A stretch of 64,000 nt of DNA from Felis catus (GCF_018350175.1 NC_058368.1:215328001-215392000), one strand, 5' to 3'; positions 12,380 through 25,678 are shown, numbered from the stretch's first letter. A program made the numbers and translations. The notes: a model not told the origin generated them from the letters alone.

Positions 12380-13620
12380 TTCTATTTATATGTATTTAGG
12401 TTGATGTTTAAAGTAAGACGTTCTTATTGTAGGAAATTTGAACAATACAAAAGTATTACAAAGAAGAATCTGAAAATTAGTTTTTTTCAAATTATTCCAA
12501 ATTACTTTTCCATGCACATATGGGTGCATATATATTTTACATAAAATTATATTCACTTTATAAAACATGCATGTAAAATTTAAGTATTTTTCTAGTATTT
12601 AGTCCTCTAATTTTGATTTTTTATTGTTTGTACTATTTCCAACTTACAGGTGTAGCATAACTAAAGACTATTATGTAAATGGTTTACAAATATTTCAAAA
12701 TACCACTGTTATGGAAATACTTACACATCATTTGTTTTCCAAATATATTGTTAGAATAAAATTCTAAGAGCAGAATAATCTCTGGATCAAAAGTGCATCA
12801 ACAGTTGTCTTTTGCAGCTCTCAGAACTTTCCTCAATTAGTTGAAATTCAAATAATGTAATACAACAAATTTTGTAAATACACACAGAGATATACACACA
12901 TGTGTTCTTATTATGCTACATTTTACATTCCAATATATAATCCATTATTTGTGTTACTCTGTACTTGTGAGTGTGTGGGTAAAATTTAAGATAAGGAGAC
13001 TAATTAGCCTAATTTTATTTTGTGTTTTCCATTCTGATCCTTGACTAACAGCATACTGCTTTCAGTGTCATTCTGATGCATTTTAGTAAATGGGAAGAAG
13101 TATTTTTGTTATTTGTCTTGAAAAAAATGTTTTGTAGAAATAAGCATTCATATTCATCCAATAAGATCACTCTGTGAATCTCTATACTCTTGAATCCTTT
13201 TGGCATTGGCATTTAATTGATTTAATTTTATAGATAAATTTCAAAGGACATAATAGTCATATGTTACTGAATGTATATATCTACTTTAGCTTTTTATTAC
13301 TTAGGTAAATTTTGTGCTTTCATAGATACTTCATTTTTAAGCTTATTCCTAACTACTTATTTTTATGTTTGTATTGGTACATCTATGAATAAGTTTTTTT
13401 TTCTTTTTTTATGTTATTAACCTGCTCACTGTATATAAAAAAAACTCATTGGTTTTACATAGCAATTTTATAAATGATAATGTTGCAACATTATTTGATT
13501 CTAATGTTTTTTCAGCTAATTTTCTTGCTTGCTTAGATGAAGGCATACATGATTGCATATAATTATATTTTTCTTCCTTCATATTTTCATTGCCATTTTT
13601 CGTATATTTGCATTGGCTAG
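12380..13620 (-). mobile_element. Highly decayed ancient L1M fragments
   Basis: T-rich tract with antisense L1 ORF2/3'-end motifs (ttttccattctgatcc, ttggcattggcatttaatt, gcattggctagaa). Confidence 0.4.
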
Positions 13621-13798
13621 AATGTCACTATTTTTTTATTATTACTATTACATCTGTTGAAATAAAATATTTTAAAATCAACTTAAGAATATCTTATATC
13701 TACTTTTTTAAATTAATTACATCAGGAATGTATGAATAACATCATTAAATACTAAGCCAAAGCTATAAGCAGATTACTCTCTCCTTTGCACAACTTGT

Positions 13799-13965
13799 AA
13801 TGGTAGGCAAAATTCTAAACTGACTCCCAGGATTGCCCATCCCATGGTGACCACACCTTGCTCCCCGTGACTGTGATTATGAGGAAAGTCACTCCTATGA
13901 CTAGGATATGTTATATTGGCACAGTTGACTTTAAGGAAGGGAGATTATCAGGATGGGCCTGAATA
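13799..13965 (+). mobile_element. MLT1E-like LTR 5' fragment
   Basis: tggtaggcaaaattctaa...tcactcctatgactagg...cagttgacttt...gggagattatc...gggcctga. Confidence 0.75.
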
Positions 13966-14195
13966 GGTACACTGGGAAGAATGGTGTTTTCAGGTAATAT
14001 TCTCCATTTCTTCAATCACTTTAAGTATGTCCAAGTTTTCTAAACAACTTTGCTTGAAACAACTCTGCTAAGTTTTCATTATTACAATTTTGTTAATTTT
14101 ATTGCTATCTTCAAACATTTTACTAAGTTGAACTTTTTATTTGCATCAACATTACTTAAATTGGGTTCATTCTCTATAAAGATTATAAAATGTGT

Positions 14196-14421
14196 TTTTT
14201 TAATTTTTTAAAATTTTTTTTTCAAAGTTTATTTATTTTGAGAGAGAGAGAGCAAGTGGGTGAGGGGCAGAGAGAAATGGAGAGAGAGACTCCCAAGCAG
14301 GCTGTATGCTATCAGTGCAGAGCCCCAGAAAACAGGGCTCAATCTCATGAACTGTGAGATCATGACCTGAGCCAAAATCAAGAGTTGGCTGCTTAACTGA
14401 CTGAGCCACCCAGGCCCCCCC
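14196..14421 (-). mobile_element. CAN-SINE
   Basis: Poly-T, (GA)n, head cttaactgactgagccacccaggcccccc. Confidence 0.95.
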
Positions 14422-15180
14422 ATAAAAATGGTTTTTAAATAATATTATAGCTCCCATCTTGGGCAATTATAAGAAAATTCTCCATTTATGGATATCTTTG
14501 ATTTTTTTTAACTTCTTATAATGGGAGCATTTAAAAATGTAGCAAAACACAGAAATTAAAATTAGATGCATTTTTATATCCTGGAATTGATATTTATAAA
14601 TATTTACTTGTACCTATTTCTTTGGTTTCCAGTATAAGAAGCGATGAAGTACAGATAAATTTGGACACCACATTACAGAACCTTCATTTCCCTCCTGACA
14701 TCAAGTTCTTGCTGCACATTCTTCAGCCCAGTTTTACACATTTGCACACATACATTGCATATAATAGTTGACTTTGGGCTTTAAATGTTATATTGTTTTA
14801 TTCTTCACTTTGTTCACTAAATATGTTTTGGAGATATAGCCTTGTTGGTAAATGTCAAGCTTTTTTTTTTATTCTTTCTTTTTGATATTTTCCTTTGTAT
14901 GCATATACTGCATTTTATTAATTTCACTCTTTTAGGATATTCATGTCAAGTCATTGAATATCCTTGTATTAGGGCCTTGAGCATGAGACATTTTATAAGT
15001 TCCCTGTGTGTATTATTAGACACAGAGTGGTTGGATTGGAAAATAAACATATTTTAAATATCACCAGATATTCTAAATCACCATAAAATCCTGATATTTC
15101 TATATATTTTCCTTTCAGTGGTGTGGGTTTTTCTTCTACATTTTCACTAAATAATGCATATTTAGTATTATCCAACTTTA

Positions 15181-15390
15181 ATTTTTAATGTTTATTTATT
15201 TATTTTGAGAGAGAGAGTGTGTGTGTAAATAGGGGGAGGGGTAGATAGAGAGGAGAGAGAGAATTCCAAGCAAGCTCCACACTATCAGCTTGGAGCCTGA
15301 TGTAGGGCTTGATCCCATGAACCAAGAGATCATGACCTGAGCTGAACCCAAGAGTCCAACACTTAAGTAACTGAGTCACCCAGGTGTCCC
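15181..15390 (-). mobile_element. CAN-SINE inserted in the tail of the adjacent SINE
   Basis: Complete element ending ccaggtgtccc; the outer TSD tccaacttta (15171 and 15600) flanks both SINEs. Confidence 0.93.
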
Positions 15391-15599
15391 TAAAGTTTAT
15401 TTTTTGAGAGAGAGAGAGTGCACAAGTGTGAGCCTTAACAGTTAGAGGATAGAGAGAGAGGGAGAAAGAAATCCCAAGAGGCTCTGTCCTGATAGGCACT
15501 GAGCCCGCTGCAGGGCTGGAACTCACATACCCTTGAGACCATGACCTGAGCTGAAATCAAGAGTGGGACGCTTAAGCAACTTAGCCACCAAGGCATGCC
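15391..15599 (-). mobile_element. CAN-SINE
   Basis: (GA)n and head cttaagcaacttagccaccaaggcatgcc. Confidence 0.93.
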
Positions 15600-16021
15600 T
15601 CCAACTTTACTTTTATTGCCAATCTGAGGGAAGTAAGTTAAAATCTCTTTTTTTGGTTCTTTCTTTATTTCTTTAGTATTTAGGTGATGTGTGTAGCCTT
15701 CCTCCTAGGTATACTGACTATCTGTTCCTTTTCTACAAATTATTTATTTATAGTATTTTTTCATTTCTAATTGACTACTTGTATGTTTTTTCCTTTTTTA
15801 TATTTAGGACTACTTTATATATTCTGGGGAATGACTTTTATTTTATTACGTACATTACTAATCTTTCCTTGTCTTGCTGATGTTTTTATTTTAACTTTTT
15901 AGTTATATTTAAAATACAAAATATTTAATCTCACTGTCTAACCTGTTTTCCCTAACTGGTCACCAATTTATGCATACTATTAATTTTTTTTAAAGATTTT
16001 ATTATGTATTTATTTTTTTAC

Positions 16022-16234
16022 TATTTTTAAAATGTTTTTATTTATTTTTGAGACAGAGAGAGACAGAGCATGACCAGGGCAGGGGCAGAGAGAGAGGGAG
16101 ACACAGAATCCGAAGCAGGCTGCACGCTCTGAGCTGTCAGCACAGAGCCCGACACGGGCCTTGAACTCACGGACTGTGAGATGATGACCTGAGCCGAAGT
16201 CAGACGCTTAACAATTGAGCCACCCAGGCACCCC
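16022..16234 (-). mobile_element. CAN-SINE (SINEC_Fc-like)
   Basis: Complete element ending gagccacccaggcacccc. Confidence 0.95.
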
Positions 16235-16244
16235 ATTAAATATT

Positions 16245-16318
16245 TTAGTTTTAAGCAATCTCTATACCCAAGGTGGGGCTCATTCTCACAACCCTGAGAT
16301 CAAGAATTGCATGCTGTT
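16245..16318 (-). mobile_element. Older short carnivore SINE fragment, head missing
   Basis: aatctctatacccaaggtggggctc...accctgagatcaagaattgcatgct; similar to the complete copy at 50090-50207. Confidence 0.75.
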
Positions 16319-16416
16319 GGGGCACCTGGGTGGCTTAGTCGTTTAAGCATCTGATTTTGGCTCAGGTCATGATCTCATGGTTCATGAATTTGAGCCCCAC
16401 ATCAGCCCCACATCAT

Positions 16417-16418
<2 letters not shown>
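16319..16418 (+). mobile_element. CAN-SINE 5' half, cut off at a (TA)n array
   Basis: Head ggggcacctgggtggcttag...tttgagccccacatcag; no CT tract or tail follows. Confidence 0.9.

Positions 16419-16468
<50 letters not shown>
16419..16468. repeat. (TA)n microsatellite
   Basis: Directly visible. Confidence 0.97.
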
Positions 16469-16474
<6 letters not shown>

Positions 16475-16868
16475 GAATATTAGCCATAAAGAGAATGTGT
16501 TCACGCCATTTGCAGCAACATGGATGGATCTAAAAAGTATAATGCCAAGTGCGACAAGGTCTTCAGACAAAGAGAAATACCATAGGAATTCACCCATACG
16601 TGGAATTTAAGGGAAAAATAAACGAAATAAAAAGATAACAAAAAATCAGACTCAAATAGAGAACAGACTGGTGGTTATCAGAGGGAAGGTGAATGGCGGA
16701 GTAGGAAAATAGGTGAAGGGGGTAGGTGAAGAGTATTTTAGGAAAATAGGTGAAGAGTACTCTTATTGTAATGAGCACTAGTTAATGTATAGAATTTTCA
16801 AATCATTATACTGTACACCTGAAACTAATATAAAGCTGTACATTAATTATACTGAAATTTTTTAAAAA
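16469..16868 (+). mobile_element. Carnivore L1 ORF2 end and 3' UTR; appears to be the flipped 3' end of the L1 at 17556-23793
   Basis: aatggaatattagccataaagagaatg...ccatttgcagcaacatggatgga...tgtacacctgaaactaatata...aaaaa. Confidence 0.92.
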
Positions 16869-17329
16869 GAGTACACTTCTATCACCTGATAGGAAAAAAA
16901 TAACTGTGAAATTAGTTGCCAAACTGGTTTAAATGAAGAGTTGAAAAAGCAACTGGTTGGAATAAAGTGTATGCAGAGTAAACACTGTAAACAAATTAAT
17001 AATTTTTTCCAGGGAGAGAAACGTCTTTGTCATATCTATTTACATTTCATTGCAGTACATTATGTGGTTTGAAATGACTCTTAATTTATACAAAAAATAA
17101 GACATTTTAGAAAACAAACACAAGGTATAATATTCAAGAAAAACACTTTCCTCAAATTGTTATTATTTGAGAAATAAATTGGTAAACACAGACTTTATCA
17201 TTCCAATGATCCAAGTTGCATGATATATTTTGAAATATATTCACAAATATAAATTTAAAAGATATAAGGTAGTTAGGGTAATGTTAGAAAACATATTAAA
17301 AAAATAAAAATAAAAATAAAATAAATTTT

Positions 17330-17509
17330 ATTATATATATTATATTATATATATTATTTTATATATTATATATATTATGTATATAACCCATTATATATAT
17401 AACCCATTATATATATAATCCATTATATATAATCCATTATATATATAATCCATTATATATATATGTGTGTGTATATATATATACACTTATATACATATAT
17501 ATGTATATA

Positions 17510-17555
<46 letters not shown>
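17330..17555. repeat. AT-rich minisatellite (aa[c/t]ccattatatatat, about 5 units) plus (TA)n
   Basis: Directly visible. Confidence 0.92.
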
Positions 17556-17557
<2 letters not shown>

Positions 17558-20500
17558 CACTTCTTTTTCACCATATAGTCATTTTATCCATTTATAGATG
17601 AATGAACACTTAGGTTGGTTCCATGTCTTGGCTATTGTAAATATTTCTGCAATAAACACTTTGAATTAGTGTTTTTATTTTTGGAGGAGTAAATACCCAG
17701 TAGTGAAATTGCTGGGTCATATGGTAATTCCATTTTTAATATTCTCAGGAACATCCACACTGTTTTCCATAGTGGCTGCATCAGTTTGCATTTCCACCAA
17801 CAATGCACGAAGAGTCCTTTTTCTCTATATCCTGCACAACACTTTTTATTTCTTGTGTTTTTGATTTTGCCATTCTAACAGATATAAGGTGATATCTCAT
17901 TGTTTTGATTTAAAATTCTCTGATGATTAATGGTGTTGAGCATCTTATCATGTATCTGTTGGCCATCTGTATGTCTTTGGAAAAGTGTTCATGTCCTATG
18001 CCCATTTTTAATTGGATTATATGGGGGATTTTTGGTGTTGAGTTGGTATTTTGTATAACCCCTTACCAGATATACTGTTTGTAAATATCTTCTCCCATTC
18101 AGTAGGTTGCCTTTTAGTTTTGTTGATAATTTCTTTTTCTGTGCAAAAGACTTTTATGTTGGTGTAGTTCCAAAAGTTTAATTATGTTTTTGTTTCCCTT
18201 GCCAGAGGAAACATATCTAAAAAAAAATGTTTCTATCACCAATGTCAAAGTGATTACTGCCTATGTTTTCTTCTAGGAGTTTTATGGTTTTCACCTCATA
18301 TTTAAGCCTTTAATCCATTTTGAGTTTATTTTTGTGTGCAATGTAAGAACGTGATCCAGTTTTATGGTTTACATGCCAATGTATAGTTTTCCCAACACTA
18401 TTTGTTAAAGAGACTATCTTTTTCTCATTGTATATTCTTGCCTCTTTTGTCATCAATTAATTGACCATAAAACTGTGGGTTTATTTGTGGATGCTATTCT
18501 GTTCTATTCATATATGTATCTGTTTTTGTGCCAGTAACATACTGTTTTGATTGCTATTGTTTTATACTATATCTTGAAATCTGGGATTATAATAACCTTT
18601 GGTTTTGTTCTTCTTTTTGGATATTCAGGGTTCTTTTGATTCTATATAAATTTTAGTATTATTTGTTTTAGATTTGTGAAAATGCTGTTGGTATTTTTAT
18701 AGGGATTGCATCAAACCTATAGGTTACTTTGGGTAGTATGGATATTTTAACAATATTAGTTCTCCCAATCAGTGAATATGGAATATCATTCCACTTGTAT
18801 ATCTTTTATCAGTGTTTCATAGTTTCTGGAGTAGAGTTCTTTCACCTATTTGGGTAAGTTTTTTTCCTAGTTATTTTGTTCTTTTTGGTTCAGTTGTAAA
18901 TTGAATTGTTTTTCTTAGTTTTTCTTTTGGCTACTTCATTATAGTGTATACAAATGCAACAGATTTTTCTGTACTAATTTTGTATCCTGTAACTTTACTG
19001 AATTCATTTTTCAGTTCCAGTAGTTTTTTGATGGAGTTTTTCATGTTTTTCATAGGTAGTATCATATCATCTGCAAATATTGAAAGTTTTACTTCTTCCT
19101 TACTAATTTGGATGCCTCTTTTTCCCCCTTGCGTGATTGCTGTACTTCCAAAACTATGTTGAATAAAACTGGTGAGGGTGGTCATCCTTGTCTTCCTCCT
19201 GATTTCAGGAGGGAAATCTCTCAGTTTTTCCCCATTCAATATGACGTACACCATGGGTTTTTCATATAAGGACTTTATTATGTTGAAGCATATTCCCTGT
19301 AAACCTATTTTAGTGATTTTGTCATGAATGGATGTTGTACTTTGTTAAATGCTTTTTCTGCATCTATTTAGATAATCATATTGTTTTTTGTACTTTCTCA
19401 TGTTAAAGTGATGTATCGTGATTGATTTGCAAATATTGAGCCATGCTTGCATCCCTGAAATAAACCCACTTGATCATGGTGAATGATTTTTTTTAATATA
19501 TAGTTGGATTCAGTTAGCTAATATTTTGTTGAGGATTTTTGCATCTCTGTCCATCAGAGATATTAGCCTGTCATTTTGTTGTTGTTGTTATTTTTTTAAT
19601 AGTGTCTATTGTCAGGTTTCTGATTTGGGTACCAGGGAAATCCTGGCCTTGCAGAATGAATTTGGAATTTTTCCTTGTTCTATTTTTTTAGCATTTTGAA
19701 AATAATACATACTACCTCTTTAAATGTTTGGTAGAATTCACGTGTGAAACAATTTGTTTCTGAACTTTTATTTCTTGGGTGTTTTCTTATTGTGTGTTCA
19801 ATTTCATTGCTAGTAGTATGTCTGTTCACATATGTTCTATCTCCTCCTGATTCAGTTTTGGAAGCTTATATGTATCTAGGAATTTGTCGACTTCTTAGGT
19901 CATCCAATTTGTTGGCATATAACTTTTCATCATATTCTCTTACAATTCCCTGTGTTTCTATGGTACCAGTCGTTATTTCTCCTTCTCCATTTATGATCTT
20001 ATTTACTTGAGTCCTCCCCCCCTCCTCACCTTTTTTTTTTAATGAGTCTGGCTAAAGATTTATCAATTTTGTGATCTCTTCAACAAACCAGTTCCTAGTT
20101 TTATTGATGTGTTCTATTGGTTTTCTTTTTAGTCTCTATTTCATTTATTTCCGCTCTAATCTTTATTACTTCCTTCCTTCTACTGGTTTGGGGTTTTGTT
20201 TGTTCTTCTTTTTTCTAGCTCCCTTATGTGTAGGCTAGGTTATTTATTTGAGATTTCTCTTGCTTCTTGAAGTATTGCTATAATCTCTCTTAGAACAGTG
20301 TTTGCTGCATCCCCCAAATTTTGGACTATTGTGTTTTCATTTTTATTTATGTCCATGTACTTTTCTGATTTCCTGTTTGCTTCCTTGGTTGACCCATTCA
20401 TTGTTTGGTAGGATATTATTTAGCCCCCATTTATTTATGTTCTTTACAAATTTTTTCTTATATTTGATTTCTAGTTTTATATTGTTGTGTTTAGAAAAGA

Positions 20501-21081
20501 TAAAAGGTACAATTTCCTTTTTTAAAATTTGTTTGGGCTTGTTTTGTAGCCCAATATGTGATCTATTCTATAGATTGTTCAATGTGTAATTGTAAAGAAT
20601 ATGTATTCTACTATTCTTATATGTAATGTCCTGAATATATTTGTTAGATCTATCTGGTCCAATGTGTCATTCAAAAGTACTGTTTTCCTTGTTTCCTTGT
20701 TGATTTTCTGTCTGGATGATCTGTCCATTGATAGAAATGGGATATTGAAGCCCTCTACTATTACTGTGTTACTATCAATTTTTTTCTTTATGTCTTTGAA
20801 TTGTTGCTTTATATATTTGGGTGCTCTTATGTTGGGTGTATAAATATTTACAATTTCTGTATGTTCTTGTTAGATTATTCCTTTTATCATTAGGTATTAT
20901 CCTTCTTTGTTTCTTGCTACAATCTTTGTTTTAAAGTTTATTTTTTTGATATAAGTAATGCTTCCCCAGCTCTCTTTCTGCTTCTATTTTCATGATAAAT
21001 GTTTTCCCATCTCTTCACTTTCAACCTGTGTCTGTAGGTCTGAAATGAGTCTCTTGTATGAAGCATATAGATGTTTCTTGC

Positions 21082-21131
<50 letters not shown>

Positions 21132-23793
21132 GCCCCTCTATGTCTTTTGATTGGAGCATTGAGCTCGTTTACATCCAAAGTAATTATTGATAAGTAAGTA
21201 CTTATTGTCATTTAATCACCTATTTTACAGCTGTTTTTGTAGTTGTTCTTTGTTCCTTCTCTTGCTCTCCTCCCTTGTGGTTTGATGACTTTGTTTTGTG
21301 ATACACTTTGATTCCTTTCTCTTTATTTTTTGAGTATCTGTTATTGATTTTTGATTTGTGATTACCATTAGTTTGATATATAACATCCTAAGCATATTAC
21401 AGTTTATATATATATTTTTTTAATTTTTAAGTTTATTTATTTATTTTGAGAGGGAAGAGAGAGAGAGAGCATGGGAGGGGCAGGGAGAGTGGAAGAAAGA
21501 GAATCCCAAGCAGACTCTTAGGTGGGCTCAAACTCACAAACCATGAGATTATGATCTGATCCCAAACCAAGAATCAAACACTTAACCGACTGAGCCACCC
21601 AAGCACCCCATATTGCAGTTTAAGTTGATAGTCCCTTAAATTTGAACCCATTTTAAAAGAAGTAAATTTTTACTCCTCCTCCCCACACTTTATGTATATG
21701 ATATCATATTCCACATCATTTTATTTTGGGAATCTCTTGACTGATTTTATAGATATAATTGATTTTTACTGCTTTTGTGCTCTAACCTTGATACTGGTTT
21801 TATAAGTCATTAATCTACTACTTTTATGGTTTTTATTTACCTGTGAATTTTTTTCTTTCCTAGTTTTCTAACTTCTGTCCTTTCTTTCAACTCAAACAAT
21901 TCTCTTCATGTATGTTAAAGTATCTGACAACATACCCAAATAAAGCTCTTGAAAATCACCTCTTAAAATTTGAAAGAAAGTGTTTCAAGTCTTTCCTGTA
22001 CCTATTCTCATTTTTTATTATTCTTTTTCTTTTTGCTGTTCAGCCTGGTTGCTTTCCATTACTTTGTCTTCCAGATCACTGATCAATTCTTTTGTCTCCT
22101 TTAATTTACTATTAATTCCCTTGAGTGCATTCTGAATTCCAGTTATTGAGTTCTTCATCTCTGATATATTCTTTTTTCATATTTTCTCTCTTTGTCAAAA
22201 GTCTCGTTGGGATCCTCCACACTTCTCTCAAGTCTGGTAATCTTTGTGACTGTTACTTTGAATTCTTTATCAGGCATCTTGCTTATGTCTGACTCTAAAA
22301 GATTTAGCTCTGTTGCTGTGATTTTATTTCAATTTTTTTTTAACTTAGGAGGTATTTCTCTATCTCCTCTTTTTGTCTAACTCTCTGTGCTCATTTCTAT
22401 GTGTTAGGAAAATCAGCTACATCTCCTGCTCTTGAAAACAGTGGCCATATGAATAAGAGTCCCTGTAGTGTAATGGTCTTCACCAGAATCAGGCCCTGTA
22501 GAGGTGTCTTTATGTGTGTTGTGTGTGCCCAACATTTGTGACTGAGCCATGTTTGTTTTCAGTCCAGTCAGCTGCAATGGCCTACTTTTCTGTTGTGGGT
22601 GGGTTTTGTCCCTGTTCTATGAAGGGGTCAGTGTGAGGCTTCCTTGGCTTTGTAGTTGGGTCGGACCAGATGCCTGCCTTCAGCCTGTTGCCAGGGCTGT
22701 GATTGCACCAAACTGAAGGACACTCTCCCTGTGTTGTCTCTGAGAGGCTTTTGTTGGTGGAAAGGTCCTACAGTCAGACCAGATATCTTCCCCTGGTATA
22801 TCTGTTGGGGTTGCAGTGCGTGCAAATGATAGGGCTCTCTCCTCGTGCTTCCTCCTGTGAGTTTTTACTCACAGGTGGGTAGAGCCAGTAGCAAGATCAG
22901 ATAACTGTCTGTAGGTTTCTGTTGGGGCTCCAATCAAACTGGTGAATGTGGTCATCTTCCTCTCTCCCCAGGCAGGAGTCACTTTGGAATGGTCACTGTT
23001 GTGACTGCTTGTAGAATGAGACATGTGAGAGCCATTTTTGGAGAGACCTCTGCTAAGTAGTTTAGGATAGATGGGGCGAATCCCCCAGAGAATGTGAGGG
23101 CAGGGCACTCAGTGTTAGCAAGCTAGTTGGAGAGTGTTCCCGCTGGTTCCCACAGGCGTCTGGCTACCTAGGATGGGACGCACGGGGTGGAAGGTAGAGA
23201 AATGGTGCCTAAAAACTCATTTGTTTTTGGAGAATCCTTCTAAAGTTCCCTCCCCTTCAGCACATATACTGAAAATAATAAATAAGTCTCCCTTCCATAT
23301 AACCCAGATGCTTTTCAAATTTCTGCTTCTACACTGTATCTCTGTGGCTGTTGGTTATGCTCTTTATGGTGGGAATTCATTTCCTATCAGCCCTTCCAGA
23401 GCTAAGTCCTAATTTTTAAAGTACCCAGAGTTAAGTCCAGCTAGTTTTACAAACTCTTGAAGTTAAGCCCATTGGATTTCAAAGCCAAATGTCAAGGAGA
23501 CTCATCTTCTCAGTGCAGGTCTCTCATTTTAGGGGTTCCTAGTGTGGAGTCTGTTCCTCTTCCTTCTCATGCTTGTGATGTTCCTTCTATTTGTGGTTAG
23601 TCTCCATGAGAGTTTGGTTCTCTGTCCCTGGTACCCTTTTCCATATAGCCTCGCTATGATTAATCCTAGAAAGTCCATTCTGCCACTCTTTGGGTCATTT
23701 TCTGAATTAGTTGCACAGATGTGGCTCTTATCTCAGTTTATCCATGGACAAATGACGTTTAGGATGTTCCTACACCACCATCTTTCCAGGCTC
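17556..23793 (-). mobile_element. Near full-length decayed carnivore L1 (5' UTR, partial ORF1, ORF2)
   Basis: RT motif [15 protein letters not shown] in ORF 18931-19254; endonuclease fragment 20938-21159; ORF1 coiled-coil remnant about 22000-22300; GC-richer 5' UTR ending near aagatggtgg on the minus strand. Confidence 0.95.
21415..21609 (-). mobile_element. CAN-SINE inside L1
   Basis: TSD catattacagttt / catattgcagttt. Confidence 0.92.
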
Positions 23794-24040
23794 TGATGAA
23801 AGCATTCTCTTAACCATAAAGTCAACTTTTATATAAAATATCTAAAGTGTAAAATGCTAGAGCTCTTTTCCACTTATTTTTGAATATGTGTTTACTTCCT
23901 GATTTTATACTCTCAAGCTAGGTAAAGTTGACACCAACACAAGAATTGAAATAAAGCTGCCAAGAGTTGAATAAATTGCCATTCAATTAGTAATTATGTT
24001 TCCATTCAATTAATAATTATTTTTTTAATAAACACAGATA

Positions 24041-24257
24041 GAAGCACCTGGGTGGCTCAGTCCATTAAGCCTCTGACTTTGACTCGGGTCATGATCTCAT
24101 GGTTCTTGGGTTCGAGCCCCACTGCAGGCTCCGTGCTGACAGCTCAGAGCCTGGAGCCTGCTTCAGATTCTTTGTCTCCCTCTTTCTCTGCCCCTCCCCT
24201 GAGTGCACTCTGTCTCTCTCAAAAATAAATAATTTTTTTAATTAAAAAATAAAAATA
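24041..24257 (+). mobile_element. CAN-SINE
   Basis: Head, CT tract and tail; TSD aaacacagata. Confidence 0.95.
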
Positions 24258-25336
24258 AAAACACAGATATAGTATGGCAGAGTGGTATGGTTTGCAAATT
24301 TCAAGCTCAAATGAAGAATATCATCTCCAATATGGCTGTGATTTAGTTTATTTTCCTATGGGCACAGTTTGAATCAGATGTCAAGCTAAAGAGGAAAGTC
24401 TGTCTTTTGACTAAATTAAGATGAAAAATTTTGTGCGTAGGTTTGTGTGTGGATGTGCTGGGTGTGGGGCGTCATTAATAGCCTCACTGTACTTCTTCTG
24501 TCTTCTGTCTTTACTAATCCTGGTTATTTCTAAACCTAGTATTTCCATTTGGATTTATTGTAGAAAGAAAATATGCCCCTTTCTGTAGAATTTTTTTCCC
24601 AAATTCTGACTTTTTTTTTCTTTTTGTGAATCTCCTGGAAAATGGTCTCTTTACACTCGGATCTGTGCCTTCAATGCCTTCAAAAGGCCCCTCTACCCAT
24701 TCTGTAGACAAGAATTCCATCAGTGATTTAAAGGTGACTACTCTGTTAAGGAGTGACCAATATTTTGCCATCCTTTTTGTTAAAGTCTTAAAGAACATTA
24801 TAATATCTGGTAGGGTATTTTATCACTACTGTTGAATAATCCATTTCTTCCCTTAATGAACATCTCTTTGTCCAGTAGTGCTATTATTGTAATATATTTC
24901 TAAATATCATTTGGTAAAATAATATTTAGGAATTTGACTCACTAATTATAGGTATAATTGGTATGAATTTTTCCTTTCCTGCACTATTTCTGATAGATTT
25001 GAATGTCTACTGATGATGAATATGAATACACATACACATTTATATATATACCAAATAAATTTCAGATTAATACAAATACAGACACAAAATTTACTGGTCT
25101 TTAGAAAATTTTAATGTAATTCAAATAATTTTTTCCTTAATGGTCTCAGTGGACTTATCTTGCCATTTCATTGCTAGATTCCTCTTTTGTAATTTTATTA
25201 CCCACCCGTCTCAACCCGCCATTTCTATTTTGCTTGTTTTTTTTTTATATGCTATATATTAGCTACATATTCTATTGACATAATATTGTTTCTATATAAT
25301 TACATACATATAATTACATATATATTTTTATGTATA

Positions 25337-25502
25337 TGTAGATTTTTGTACTTTTTTGTAGATTTTTTTTGGACTTTTTGTAGATTTTTGGACTTTTTAA
25401 TAAACTCATAGTTAGCAGTTTTATGGTTATTTGGACTTTTGTCCAAATTTGTAGATTTTTGGACTTTTTAATAAACTCATAGTTAGCAGTTTTATGGTTA
25501 TT
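25337..25502. repeat. Complex local tandem duplication with a hairpin spacer
   Basis: 55 bp identical copies at 25377-25431 and 25448-25502, preceded by ~20 bp units. Confidence 0.93.
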
Positions 25503-25678
25503 CCATATTATTTAACTTTGTTACTTTTAATATTTTTATTGATTTATTTATTCAATGAACTCTTTTTTAAAAATCTTATGCTTAGAACTGAAACCGAATT
25601 TTTTTATAAAGCAGGTGCTAATGTTCATTCTCATTAATAATTCCTTAAAAATATTTTAGCTGTATTTGAAATATGTTA

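Larger units (their letters stand above)
14500..15950 (-). mobile_element. Decayed L1ME-like 3' region, interrupted by SINEs
   Basis: Antisense L1 3'-end motifs (aatatgttttggagat, ttttattgccaatctga, ctttatatattctgg). Confidence 0.4.
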
